A DNA stretch of 64,000 nt. Origin: Paraspadella gotoi (lineage: Eukaryota > Animalia > Chaetognatha). Where the stretch lies: NCBI GenBank assembly GCA_051294375.1, contig CM119263.1, positions 1,456,981-1,520,980 on the forward strand, in the 5' to 3' direction. A program made the translations under genes and the position numbers. The notes beneath the pieces were generated by a model, which had not been told where the DNA came from, did no database searches, and saw only the letters and a list, made by a program, of their open reading frames with translations. Below, in pieces: positions 53,003-64,000 of this stretch. Position 1 is the first letter of the stretch, and each line of letters begins with the position of its first letter.

Positions 53003-54181
53003 TTTCGATGAGGTCAGGTTGGGCTGTTTTTAATGGGGAGGTGAGGTGAGGTATCCGGGGGTAGGAGGACCACAAGTAAGTGAATCCACTTAGAAAAAAT
53101 AAAACAAATTTCCAACTGAACATAAGAAAAATAAGAAAATCGCATTTCTTTTAGTTAATTTTTTCGTTGTTTTAATTTTTTTCTTTTTTTTTCTATAAGT
53201 TTCTTGCGCAGTTTATATTATGAGCAGGGAATTGATGACTTTGCCTCTTCCTCGTATGATGAGTTTTTAAAGTTCGTCAATGTGTCCGTACGAAAAGACT
53301 GATCGATAGGGCCGTCGGTCCATTAAGTATGTACGTACGCATCGTAAGACTCAATTCTTTTGTTTTGTTTTTTATTTGTTTGTTGTTTTTTTTTTACTTC
53401 TTTCTTCGTTCGTTTTTTCTCTCTTTTTCTTGAATAAATGTTTTCCTTATTTTTATTTTTGCTTGGTTTGCTTATTCTATATTTTTTTCTGTTTTTTTTT
53501 TTGTGAAGAAAAATACAAGAATTCTCTTTCCTTCACTGATACAACTTTCGCTGTTTCACCAAATTTTCGTTTGTTTATTTTTATCTTTTGCTGCCAAAAA
53601 AACTACGATTTTCGATTAGAATCAATCACAGGGCAGGTTTTCCCTTCGATCGCCATTTCGTGAGGTTGGCCTTTTGTTTGAGGGCCGTGGATAATGCGCT
53701 TGACTGTCAGAACACTCTGGTGGGTGTATTTTACCCATTTGTCACATCTGTTAGCATAAAAAAGAGGAAATTTTAAAGTATGACTCGAACAAAGATAAAA
53801 GAGTTTGTTTTGAATCGCCTCCAATGACCGGAAATGAAAAAAAAAAAGATTCAATTATTTTTTTTTAATTTTAATTTTAATTTTTTAATTTTACGCAATG
53901 AAGATAAACCGAAATTTACGCGATCAAATTGGGATAGTGTTCGAAAAGCAACAATTAAAGCAATGGAGAGAAACAGGATTAGTTTTTGGATGATGTGTTG
54001 ATTCTAATTGATTTTCCGGATGATTTCCTGACCATACAACTATATAACTTAGGCAAAGTTTATAATTCTTATTTCAGCACCGATTTTTGTTAGAAAAATC
54101 GTTGTCGTAATAAAAATTACAAACTTTTTATTTCTTTATCAAAACGCAACGAAAAAAAATCAAAATACCATGAAAATTCAT

Positions 54182-54212
<31 letters not shown>

Positions 54213-54843
54213 TTCGTCGTCGTCGTCATCGTCGTCATCGTCGTCATCATCACCGCCATAAATTGCTTTACTTTACCTGCAGACTATCTCGTACCAAAGA
54301 TCAAGCAAATGAGAGATTCATTCTCTTTTACTCTCCTTTTCTCTTTCTTTTATCTTTTTGATCAGAATTCCTCCTTAGTTTATGCGTCGATGCATCTCTA
54401 TAAAACATTTTTTTTATGGGATTAAAGGATTTGGCCTGATTTGAATTACTCTTCCAAATCGTTTTAAAAAAGGTTAAAATTGAAAATAGGATAATTTAAT
54501 AGGTCTTTAATTTAGTTGTGCCAAAACAGGTTCTTACCTTCTGGTCGTAAATCAACGCTGGTACACTTTACCATCAAGATTACCCGTCACTGTTACCCGT
54601 TACTGCATGAAGTTGCAGTATAATTTGCAGTATAATTTCTGGTTATCGTGATCAAGGTGGTCAAATAATGTTTATAAAAATTAACACAATTCCTGTCTCC
54701 AATTTTGTTAGCGTCGATATTAGAAAAAAAATTAAATCTTTTAGTTAAAACTTCTTTTAAATTTAACCGCATTTTCATTACGAAGCGGTAGAGTGGGTGA
54801 GGACTGACTTTGGAAGAAACGAAGACGACGACGACGACGACGA

Positions 54844-54897
<54 letters not shown>

Positions 54898-55109
54898 AAC
54901 CGGAAATTCGAACGGAAAATTGGAGAAAACAAAAATTTAAAATCGTAAAAAAATATGACAAAATATTTTCTACGAAAAAAAAAATGATAATTTTACATGA
55001 GACGCTAATTAATGAGAGATGATGATGATGATGAAAATGACGGTTCTTGGCGAGTTGGACGAAAGGCTGCGCAGCTCCATCTCTCAACAACTTCGTCGAG
55101 CGGACGCGG

Positions 55110-55550
55110 ACGTCGTCAACGTCGTCGTCGTTTTTGTTAGCGTCGCCTTCTTCGTCGTTATCGTCGGTATCCTCGTCTTTGTAACCGTCGTCGTCGTCGT
55201 CGTCGTCGTCCGTCGTCGTCGTTTTTGTTAGCGTCGCTTCTTCGTCGTTATCGTCGGTATCCTCGTCTTTGTAACCGTCGTCGTCGTCGTCGTCGTCGTC
55301 ATCTTCGTGTCGTCGTCGTCGTCGTTTTTGTTAGCGTCGCCTTCTTCGTCGTTATCGTCGGTATCCTCGTCTTTGTAACCGTCGTCGTCGTCGTCGTCGT
55401 CATCTTCGTTCGTCGTCGTCGTCGTCGTTTTTGTTAGCGTCGCCTTCTTCGTCGTTATCGTCTTTGTAACCATCGTCGTCATCTTCGTCGTCGTCGTCAT
55501 CGTCGTAGTCGTCGTCGTCGTCCGTCGTAGTCGTCGTCGTCGTCGTCGTC
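55110..55550. repeat. ~100-bp minisatellite x4 built on (GTC)n
   Basis: Unit ...TTTTTGTTAGCGTCGCCTTCTTCGTCGTTATCGTCGGTATCCTCGTCTTTGTAACC(GTC)n. Confidence 0.85.
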
Positions 55551-56041
55551 GGTAACGGCGTCCTTGACTCAGCAGGTCCTCCATCTCCTTCGCGGTCTGG
55601 ACGTCGGCCAAAACAACGCCCCCCCCCTCGTCACTCGCCTCTCCTTAACGCGAAAGAAAAAAGTGAAAGAAAGTTGAAAAATGGGAACTAGAGATTGGGG
55701 ACTGGGTACTGGGGATTGGGGACTTGGGATTATGGATTGGGATGAGGGACTGGGAAAGGTTTGGGGATCAAAATAAGGACGACATCAATGGTCGAAAAGT
55801 TATTAAAAAAAGATGAAAATTAGAGAAGTAAAGTCGAATCTATTGTAAATATATTCTAAATAAATTGCAAAATAAATAAATAAAAAAATAAATAAAAACA
55901 AATCAGTAAAAACAAAAAAAAAATGTTGATTAAAAAATAATTTTTAGAAAAAAGGGTGAGAGAAAAAATGTTAAATCCAAGTGAAGAATAAATATGATGA
56001 AAAATTTGTAAAGTTGACATTATTACAAGAAGAGTGAAATG

Positions 56042-56116
<75 letters not shown>

Positions 56117-56417
56117 GTAATAATCTGAAGCAGGAGAGGATGTCAATTTGTTTTCTCAAATGAAAAGGAGTGCCAACCGCCGCCCCCCTTCTCCGCCCCC
56201 TTCTCCGCCCCCCTCAGACTTCGCTTCTCATTAATTCGAATTAAAAATCGATTCGCGTCTCATTTTTATTTCCTTCTTTAATTTGAGCTCGATTTTCGGG
56301 TTGTCGTCGTCGTTGTTGTTGTTGTCGGAAATCGAAAGTCGAAAAAAGTGAAGAAATATATAAAGTTGTTTGCACTCGCGGTTTATTTTTTTGACGTTTA
56401 TGAGAAACTGCGTCGCT

Positions 56418-56526
<109 letters not shown>

Positions 56527-56990
56527 GTTATTAAGAAAATAAGACCGGAAAATAAAAGAATCTTCTTTAACACAACGAAAATGACGAGGAAGACGACTAC
56601 GACAACAACAACGACGACGACGACGCTGTGACGCGAACAAGATAAAAAATTTTAAGTGGACGTTCGAGAGAAAGTGGGACTCGAACCCGGGACTGACCCT
56701 ACCAGTTGGAAGGGAGGGCGGTCGGGGTAGGATAATATATTCGACGGAAAATTTGAATAAAAGTTTTGGTGAAATTAAGGATTACGAAGTTTGAAATTAA
56801 TTAATTACGTTTGGTTCAATAAAAATGGTAATTTTGATGTTTTTTTTTTTTTACAAAATATATTTTGGATTTTCGTGACGAAAGGAGATTGAAAATAAGC
56901 GAGACCACGCCCTACTGGCATCTGGCCCTCCAAGAACGCCGATCTCTGCCTTTCTGCCACCGAATTCTCCGCGCGCTTTTGTAGTTGTCA

Positions 56991-57023
<33 letters not shown>

Positions 57024-57359
57024 TTTTCTTTCTCAGTCGTCAAGTTGATATCAAATGTAAATTTCAAAAAATTTCGACGAAAAGCTTAGTCAGTGAGTAA
57101 TGTTTAAAATCGATGGGATTGTTAAAGTTTAATTTTTAGATTATGGGATACATATTTAAGTATTCATATTATTAATATGATTCTTATTTAACTTAAATCC
57201 CTTGTTAAAATTCGTCATTTTTATTCACTAGTTTATATAGGTTATATGAAATATATTATATTAAAATGTTATTTATTATTTTAATTTAATAGCTTATTAA
57301 CTCTAATTTTTTGGTAATGAATTTAACTTCTAGGCGAAGACGACCCGAAGTCCATCGAG

Positions 57360-57369
57360 GTCACGTGAC
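57360..57369. promoter_or_regulatory. Palindromic E-box/CLEAR-type motif GTCACGTGAC
   Basis: Exact 10-bp palindrome upstream of the SLC43 transcription unit. Confidence 0.3.
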
Positions 57370-57437
57370 TTTTAAAATATAAATCAATTTTTTTAGATAA
57401 AATGAAGTTATTGGCACGAGAACGTAGGGCGGGAAAC

Positions 57438-57480
<43 letters not shown>

Positions 57481-57482
57481 AG

Positions 57483-57514
<32 letters not shown>

Positions 57515-57636
57515 AGAGAGAGAAGGGCATGATGCTAGGAGTTCGAGAAATGATGATGTTTAAAGAGAGGGAAAGACTGATCGGGATAGGGTTAATGAAT
57601 TAGTTAAGGTGGGAAAAATGGAGAGAGAGAGAGAGA

Positions 57637-57671
<35 letters not shown>

Positions 57672-58108
57672 TCAGGGAAAATAAGTGATAAAATAAAAAT
57701 GAAGAATTTTGAAGATATGAAAATATTTGTTTGATCGATGGAGATTGAAAGACATTGAAAGACATTGAAAGACATTGAAAGAGATTGAAAGAGATTGAAA
57801 GAGACTTGAAAATCAGGATGCGGAAAGGGGAGGGAAAAAATGTAATTGTTCTTAAATCTTATTGCATATTAGAGTAAATCATAAGGTTGGCTATGAAACG
57901 GTTGTTAAGAGAATTTTGCACGAGTTTACGTTTTTGCAGCTAAAGATGAATTTAAAGACGAAATAATTTATGGATGAAAAGACGAAAATAAAAAAAAGTT
58001 TCCAGTGATATTTTGAGGATCACAATTTAGTGATATTTTGTGATATTTAGTGATATTTTGAGGATCACCATTTAGTGAAAACGCTTAAGTTTAAAGAGTT
58101 AAAAACTT

Positions 58109-58299
58109 GGTTCTCTTTTCCTAAAGCGTCCCGTTTCTGTTCCTTAATTTCAAACTTAATTTATTACCAAATCCAAAAACAAATTATAAATCAAAACGCT
58201 CACTGATCCCTAACCTTAATCTTTAACTTAATCTTTAAAAATAAAAACCAACTTAATTCTAATCAAAGATGAAATGGTGCGCTTTGGGTAAATAAGGCC
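58109..58299. mobile_element. Diverged short copy of the hexamer-core MITE family
   Basis: GGTTCTCTTTTCCTAAAGCGTCCCGTTTC ... GAAATGGTGCGCTTTGGGTAAATAAGGCC. Confidence 0.55.
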
Positions 58300-58387
58300 C
58301 CCCAAAAAATGGACGCGATCGAAAGAATTGAGAGAGAGAATGCTATGTTATAATAATACGAAATTCTATGCGTGTGGCTTTTAAATT

Positions 58388-58511
<124 letters not shown>

Positions 58512-59407
58512 CAAAAATATCATCCAAGAATAATAACAACAACAACGACAGCGGAGAGGAAGACCGGCCGGCCTTTTTAAAACCATCTCACCGCCGTCTC
58601 ATTAAGGGGACTCAGTGATAAAAATTATATCATAAGCTTAAAGGTCAATCATCAAAGGAATTTGAATTGTGATAGTCATTAATTTTTCTTTGCCCGGGAA
58701 AGTGGCGAAAAAATTTCTATCTCTTATTGTAGCGGAAACAAAAATTTATTAATTATCAAAAAAAAATTTAGTTGTCCTACCTAAATGATCCATTATTTTA
58801 TTTTTGTATTAGAAAGTATTTTTTACTAAATTCAGAAAAATCAAACCTAAACCAGCTTAAGTTAAAGGGTCAAACTATATGCTTTCAGCTTTTTACCCCC
58901 CCTGGTCACTTGCTCGGTCAATCAATCTCGACTCAATTTTGTCACACAAATGTTCACAACTTCACAGGCTTGTTCAAATGATCAAATGTTCACCGCTTCA
59001 CAGACTTGTTGTCGAAACCGACGACTGTTCGGAAGTGAGTAAAGGTGAGCAATGGTGAGCATTGACCAGTGAGATTTCTCGAACTGAGTTACGCATTGAT
59101 CTCATTAAAGTAGAGACTAGAGACTAGACTTTTGAACAAAATAAAACGAAAGTTCCGAAGGTTGCCGACTATTTTTTTTTTCCAATTAAACCTAAGAATT
59201 TGGTTGCAATGATTCCAAAAGTTAACGTACTCTGTGGGAGAGGGCCGAGGGGGGAAGCGATGGATGATTTAAATATGGTTCGATTCGTTTATTATTTGTT
59301 TTGTTTACGCAAAGACGTTCAGCATCGAGATTGGTCACTTTCTTGACCAATCAACGACGAGAGCCACATTTAATTCATCATCCGAAATTTTCGTTTCCGA
59401 TTTTGTG

Positions 59408-59533
<126 letters not shown>

Positions 59534-60999
59534 GATCGACAGACAGACACCCAAGACATTCGGGAGAGTTCGTTGATCGGACAATATCGACGACATATGT
59601 TATATTTTGAATAAAATGTAGTAAATACACGGATTTCAAATGTGAATGGAATGAAAAGATCAAATACTGTGGCTAAATAATTTGTTATTACAACTTCAGA
59701 TTTTGTACTAAGTTTGGCGACAACAATGACGACAATCACTGACTTTTTTTTTCAACTCCCAGTAGTCCAGCTTGCTTACTTTCTTAGTTATGTGCTCATC
59801 AATGGCATGGTCGAATTTGAAAAAAAGAATTTTTTTTTTGTATTTGAAAAGGACTTTCCTGTTATAAGATATATTTAAAAAAAAATGAAATATTAAAATA
59901 TTTTGGTTCATCTTACAGACTTTGGAGTATGTGCCCGAGCAATCAGAATGTCAAAAGCTTTTTCTCAACCATAATGACAGCTATTTTTGTATTAAAGTTT
60001 TTATAGTTTAAACTTATAAAATATAAAAATTTCAATGTTGAAAAATAAAATTGGGAAGAACAAGGATCTGGAAACAGCCTGTTGCCTGTTGCCTGTTGCC
60101 TCACTAAACCATGGAATATACCAACGAAGAATGTAGGCGTAATAAGAATTTTTTTAAACGCTCCAACTCATTATACTAACTAATCAATGTAAAAAAAATT
60201 TAAATATTCGGTTCAATTTTTTTTACAATGAGTTTAAAAGAGAACTATCGAATAAGAGGGAAGAAATGTTGCAAGGCAAACGCACCAGTGGTCATGATGT
60301 AAATTATTATCAATTTACTATATAGGAATATAAACGTCATTGAATTTTCTAACAAATGAAATGATAAAATATCAATCATATTGAGTCAGTTAAGAGTAAT
60401 AACAAATCTTTTTCATTTCACTCCCATTAGAAATCCGTGGAGTAAATGTTATGTTTTCACAAATGGCTTTTAACCGTCACAACGGAGACTTTCGGACAGT
60501 GAACCTTCGTCTTTGGTGCGAATTTATATTTTGTTCACGGAATTTTCGCAATAACTATCTTTTCTTTTTATAATTTAAAGTACTTCATAAGTTTACTTCA
60601 CAAAATTATTTCAAGAAAACCGGCCGGCGTGGCGAGGTTGACGATTTACGAGAAAGCCTGTCAGTTTTGGGCAGGTGTTGCGCGTCCATAATGATGGCTG
60701 GGATATCAAGCTTCGGTTTGAGATGCACTTGAAAGTGATAGAAAGCTTTTAACAAAGTGTTATTTAAATACTGGATAAAGTGATGAGATGATGATATAAA
60801 TAAACTATTATTAGATGATAAAATAAAGGTATAAAAAAATCATTTATTTAATTCTCTCACTGAAAATATAATATATTATTTTGAAAAACCGTACGAGGTA
60901 TATAACTTGCACTTTGTCGTGGTTTCGTCCTTTGTCTTGGCGCATTTATTTGTTTTATTTGATTAGGACTAAGCTCTGACGAACAAAGCCCGAGGTTTT

Positions 61000-61684
61000 T
61001 TTAATATATTCTTATACCGGCCAAGGTAGAATGATGGCAATATTGTTAATATTAAGTTTCAAAAAAATTCGACCATAAATATAGAAAATATTAACCAAAA
61101 TCTTCGGAAAATCCACCCCTTCTTTGGAAGATTTTCGCCATAGAAGATTTTTCCCGAATCTGACTCCCGGTTGAAAACTCTTAGAATTCCGATCGTTAGC
61201 TCCTCTTTTACTTTTACTTTAAATAAAAATTTCACCAAAATGGACTAATTCACTTTACCATAATTGTTTCATATCAAAATAACCAAATAAAATGTAAAGA
61301 AAAATTTTGAGAGCCCTTCAGACACTTTGCCAAAGGATTCCAAAATTGGACCTCATTTATTGAACAGGAACATACCTCAGTCACGTTTATATCGTTTTCA
61401 AGGAAAAAAATCCCTTTCATTTCTATATAAAATCAGAGATGGAAAATTTTTCCATCCAGAAGCAGTCTATTTATTCTGGCTTGTTTGATATCAAGATGTT
61501 GATGATTTGACAAGAGAAAAAAAATGCGAGCCCTTCAGATACAACAGGATCGGAATCAAGTGTTTTTACCTCGATATTTTACCGAAATTTTTACCAGGAG
61601 CGTTTATATTGTTTGGTAGTCAGATTTGAACGAAAATCTCCATTGAAAAAGTCTTCCTCGATCTCTAAGAACGACGTAGACTCC
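61000..61684 (-). mobile_element. DNA-transposon-like repeat end, inverted homologue of 42278-43040
   Basis: Ends TCTAAGAACGACGTAGACTCC followed by TAA. Confidence 0.6.
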
Positions 61685-62272
61685 TAATTTGATGCTTGAT
61701 TAATACTGTTACTGGGACCGCGTTAATCCATTTTAGTGTTGATAAACCAAACCTTTTTTAGAACATCGAATTATCAAATATAATAATAATACAAAAAATC
61801 GATACCCGTCCGTCAGTCAGTCAATCCCTCACTCCCTTAGCAGCTTACAAAGCCAATTATTCAATAATGGATCTGGGGATGGACTTCAAATGTGTGTGTG
61901 GGTACAAAGAAGTGGAAATGAGTTTAAATGAAAAAAAATTATGTTTTAATATTTATTTATTTTTTTCGTTATGTAATTTGTCAACGTATTTTGCAACAAC
62001 AACAACAACAACAATAACTAATACTATCATCACAACCATCACAACTATATTGACCTCCATAAAAAGCATCAAGACCGTAAATTGCATAATCACCATAACG
62101 AATTCAACTACGACAACAACTAAAATGATTCACCGAATGAATGAACAAAAAATGATGGAAATTCCAAATATATTTGCTCATATAAAATGGAACAGAAACA
62201 TATGTAAACCATAATTTCTAGAGAATGATTTATTTATTTTTTTATTGCGATAAAAATATCCGGATCAATAGA

Positions 62273-63687
62273 TCACTGGACGACCCGCTTCAAGATTCTT
62301 CTCAGGTGCGCCGCGCACTTCTCCGCCGTCTCCTTCGTCACGTAATCGTCGTAATAAATTAAAGACAAAAGAGTCGGCCATTGATCGTCACCATGTAATT
62401 GTAGATGGCTCTGCCCTGTCCCACGTGGTTGACCCGTAGAACATCTTAGTCACCCTGAAGGGTTTCGTCATTGGGGTCTTGAAGGAGTAAGATCCTCGAC
62501 TAGAGATGGCGTAATCGTAAATCGCCGTCACCTCGTCGTTGACTTTGTCCGCCGGTCGCGAGATCCATCTATCGTGAAAAGCGGGAAAGAATCTGTAGAC
62601 GAAGACGAGGAAGGACCTCTGGAGGGAATAAGGTCGTCGCCGCAAACCTTCGTGGATCTCGTCGTGAAATTCTTTGGCCAGACGCCAGAAATTCTCTTCT
62701 TTCCGATCGTCAATCGAGAGAAGTTTCTTTCTCTGAGAGGCAGAACTGCGTGCGCCGTAAAATTCTTCCTTCTCATTTCTCTCGATCAAATTATTCGCGT
62801 TCACGTTGTAAAATGAATCTTATCTCCAGGGGATGCTCTTTTGTTTTCGGATCGAGCTCGGCGATGGTGGCGCTCAAAGCCAAATGAAACGCGGCGTCAA
62901 GAGCTCCGTGCATTTTGCAGTCGAACGACCTGCAGAGTTGCAGCAACTTTTCCACTTCTTCTTCGCAAAGTTGAATCGGAATCAAACGCGTTGTGCCGGG
63001 AGATCGAAGCTTCGATCTTTCGCTTTTCGTCGCTTCCATTAGAGCGCAATTGACCAACGGCTTGACAGGCAATGATCCAAACAGTTTCAATCTGGTGAAA
63101 GTGAACATTCGCGTCAAAAACGGTAGATTCACAAGTTTCTCTGGCAAGGATTGGGAGATTGAAGGACTGTGCCGAAGCGGTCGCACTTCGGGCAGCTCGA
63201 CGCCAGTCTCCTCCACCGCGGAAATCTCCGTCAAGGCCTCCATCAGTTCGTCCACGAAACTCATGATGGAACGACCATCGATTATCACGTGAAAGAAAGT
63301 CGCCAAAATCACGTTCACGTATTTGTCATCGTCTTTCGTCGACGGCAAAAGCGTGAGACGCCAGAGAGGGCCGTTGGAGTGATCGAAGGGTTCGTGAACA
63401 TCCTGGACGAAGGCGGCGTTCCAGTCGCTCGTCGAGAATAGCCGGATCTGCGGACGAAATGTTCCAACTTCCTCCAGATAAAGAGATTCGCTTCCATCTT
63501 CTTCGGCGACGGATTTGACGATCGATCGCAGCATCGGATGCCTCGCCGCCACCCGCGCCGCCGCAGCGGACACCAGCGCGGCATCGATCGGACGGACGCT
63601 GTCGATGAAGACGATGTTGGAGTCGATGTCGACGCCGTGATGTCGACGGAGATGAAACTCGGCCTCGGATTGGCCCAGGAGGCGACC
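62273..63687 (-). CDS. CoA-dependent acyltransferase, alcohol acetyltransferase/condensation-domain-like (one large exon; upstream exon not identified); about 3 frameshifts
   Basis: CGCAG acceptor at 63688; GRLLGQSE, RHPMLRS, GPLWRLTLL, FFHVIIDGRS (HxxxD); reconstructed C-terminus MVTINGRLFLSLIYY...AEKCAAHLRRILKRVVQ*. Confidence 0.75.
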
Positions 63688-64000
63688 CTGCGTTGGAGGA
63701 GGGGGAGGGAGGGCGGAGGTGGAGGGGGAGAGGATTAAAATGAGAGGATAAAAGAGAGGCGTTGAGGGGGAACAATAGAGAGGTAAAATAGAGAAGAAAT
63801 TAAAAAAAAGTCAAAGGAAGATAAAAGGAGGAAATAGAGATAATCTAATGTCTGCACATCATTGACTTCGACTGAACAAATTAAATGATTTCGATAACAA
63901 AAGGGAAAAAAAATCATTTCACTGATAGCAATTATTAATTTAAGGCATTGCTCGCCTTCGCAGCTTTAGACCGGAAGTTACGAAGTCGACGTTGATAATC

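Noticed and set aside
56675-56720. B-box GGTTCGAGTCCC on the minus strand
   Set aside because: No A-box or cloverleaf found

Overview
AT-rich, microsatellite-dense animal (invertebrate-like) genomic DNA from a noisy long-read-type assembly (five N-gaps, many single-base indels, uncollapsed duplicates). Host genes: an intronless SLC35G/EamA-type transporter (+, 2822-3772), a 13-exon DUF229 alkaline-phosphatase-superfamily gene (+, 12743-18129), a 2-exon RGG/TM/PPxY membrane protein with a Shadoo/PrP-like N-terminus (+, 45898-47246), an 8-exon SLC43A3-like transporter (-, 48634-53002) and an HxxxD acyltransferase of the AATase/condensation fold (-, 62273-63687, 5' exon not identified). Mobile DNA: a Penelope-type hammerhead ribozyme, Helentron-like non-autonomous elements, a solo LTR, a tRNA-SINE and MITEs. 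The most interesting feature is a minus-strand LTR retroelement (3' LTR 18405-19815 plus PPT; an empty-site copy is present at about 25457). Its 3' internal region carries an apparently spliced accessory gene encoding UBA-like + UIM + RING + repeated LC8-type motifs, i.e. a candidate retrotransposon-borne ubiquitin ligase. About 23-42 kb is mostly duplicated or inverted sequence, probably assembly artefact. All family assignments are from motif recognition by eye; no searches were run.
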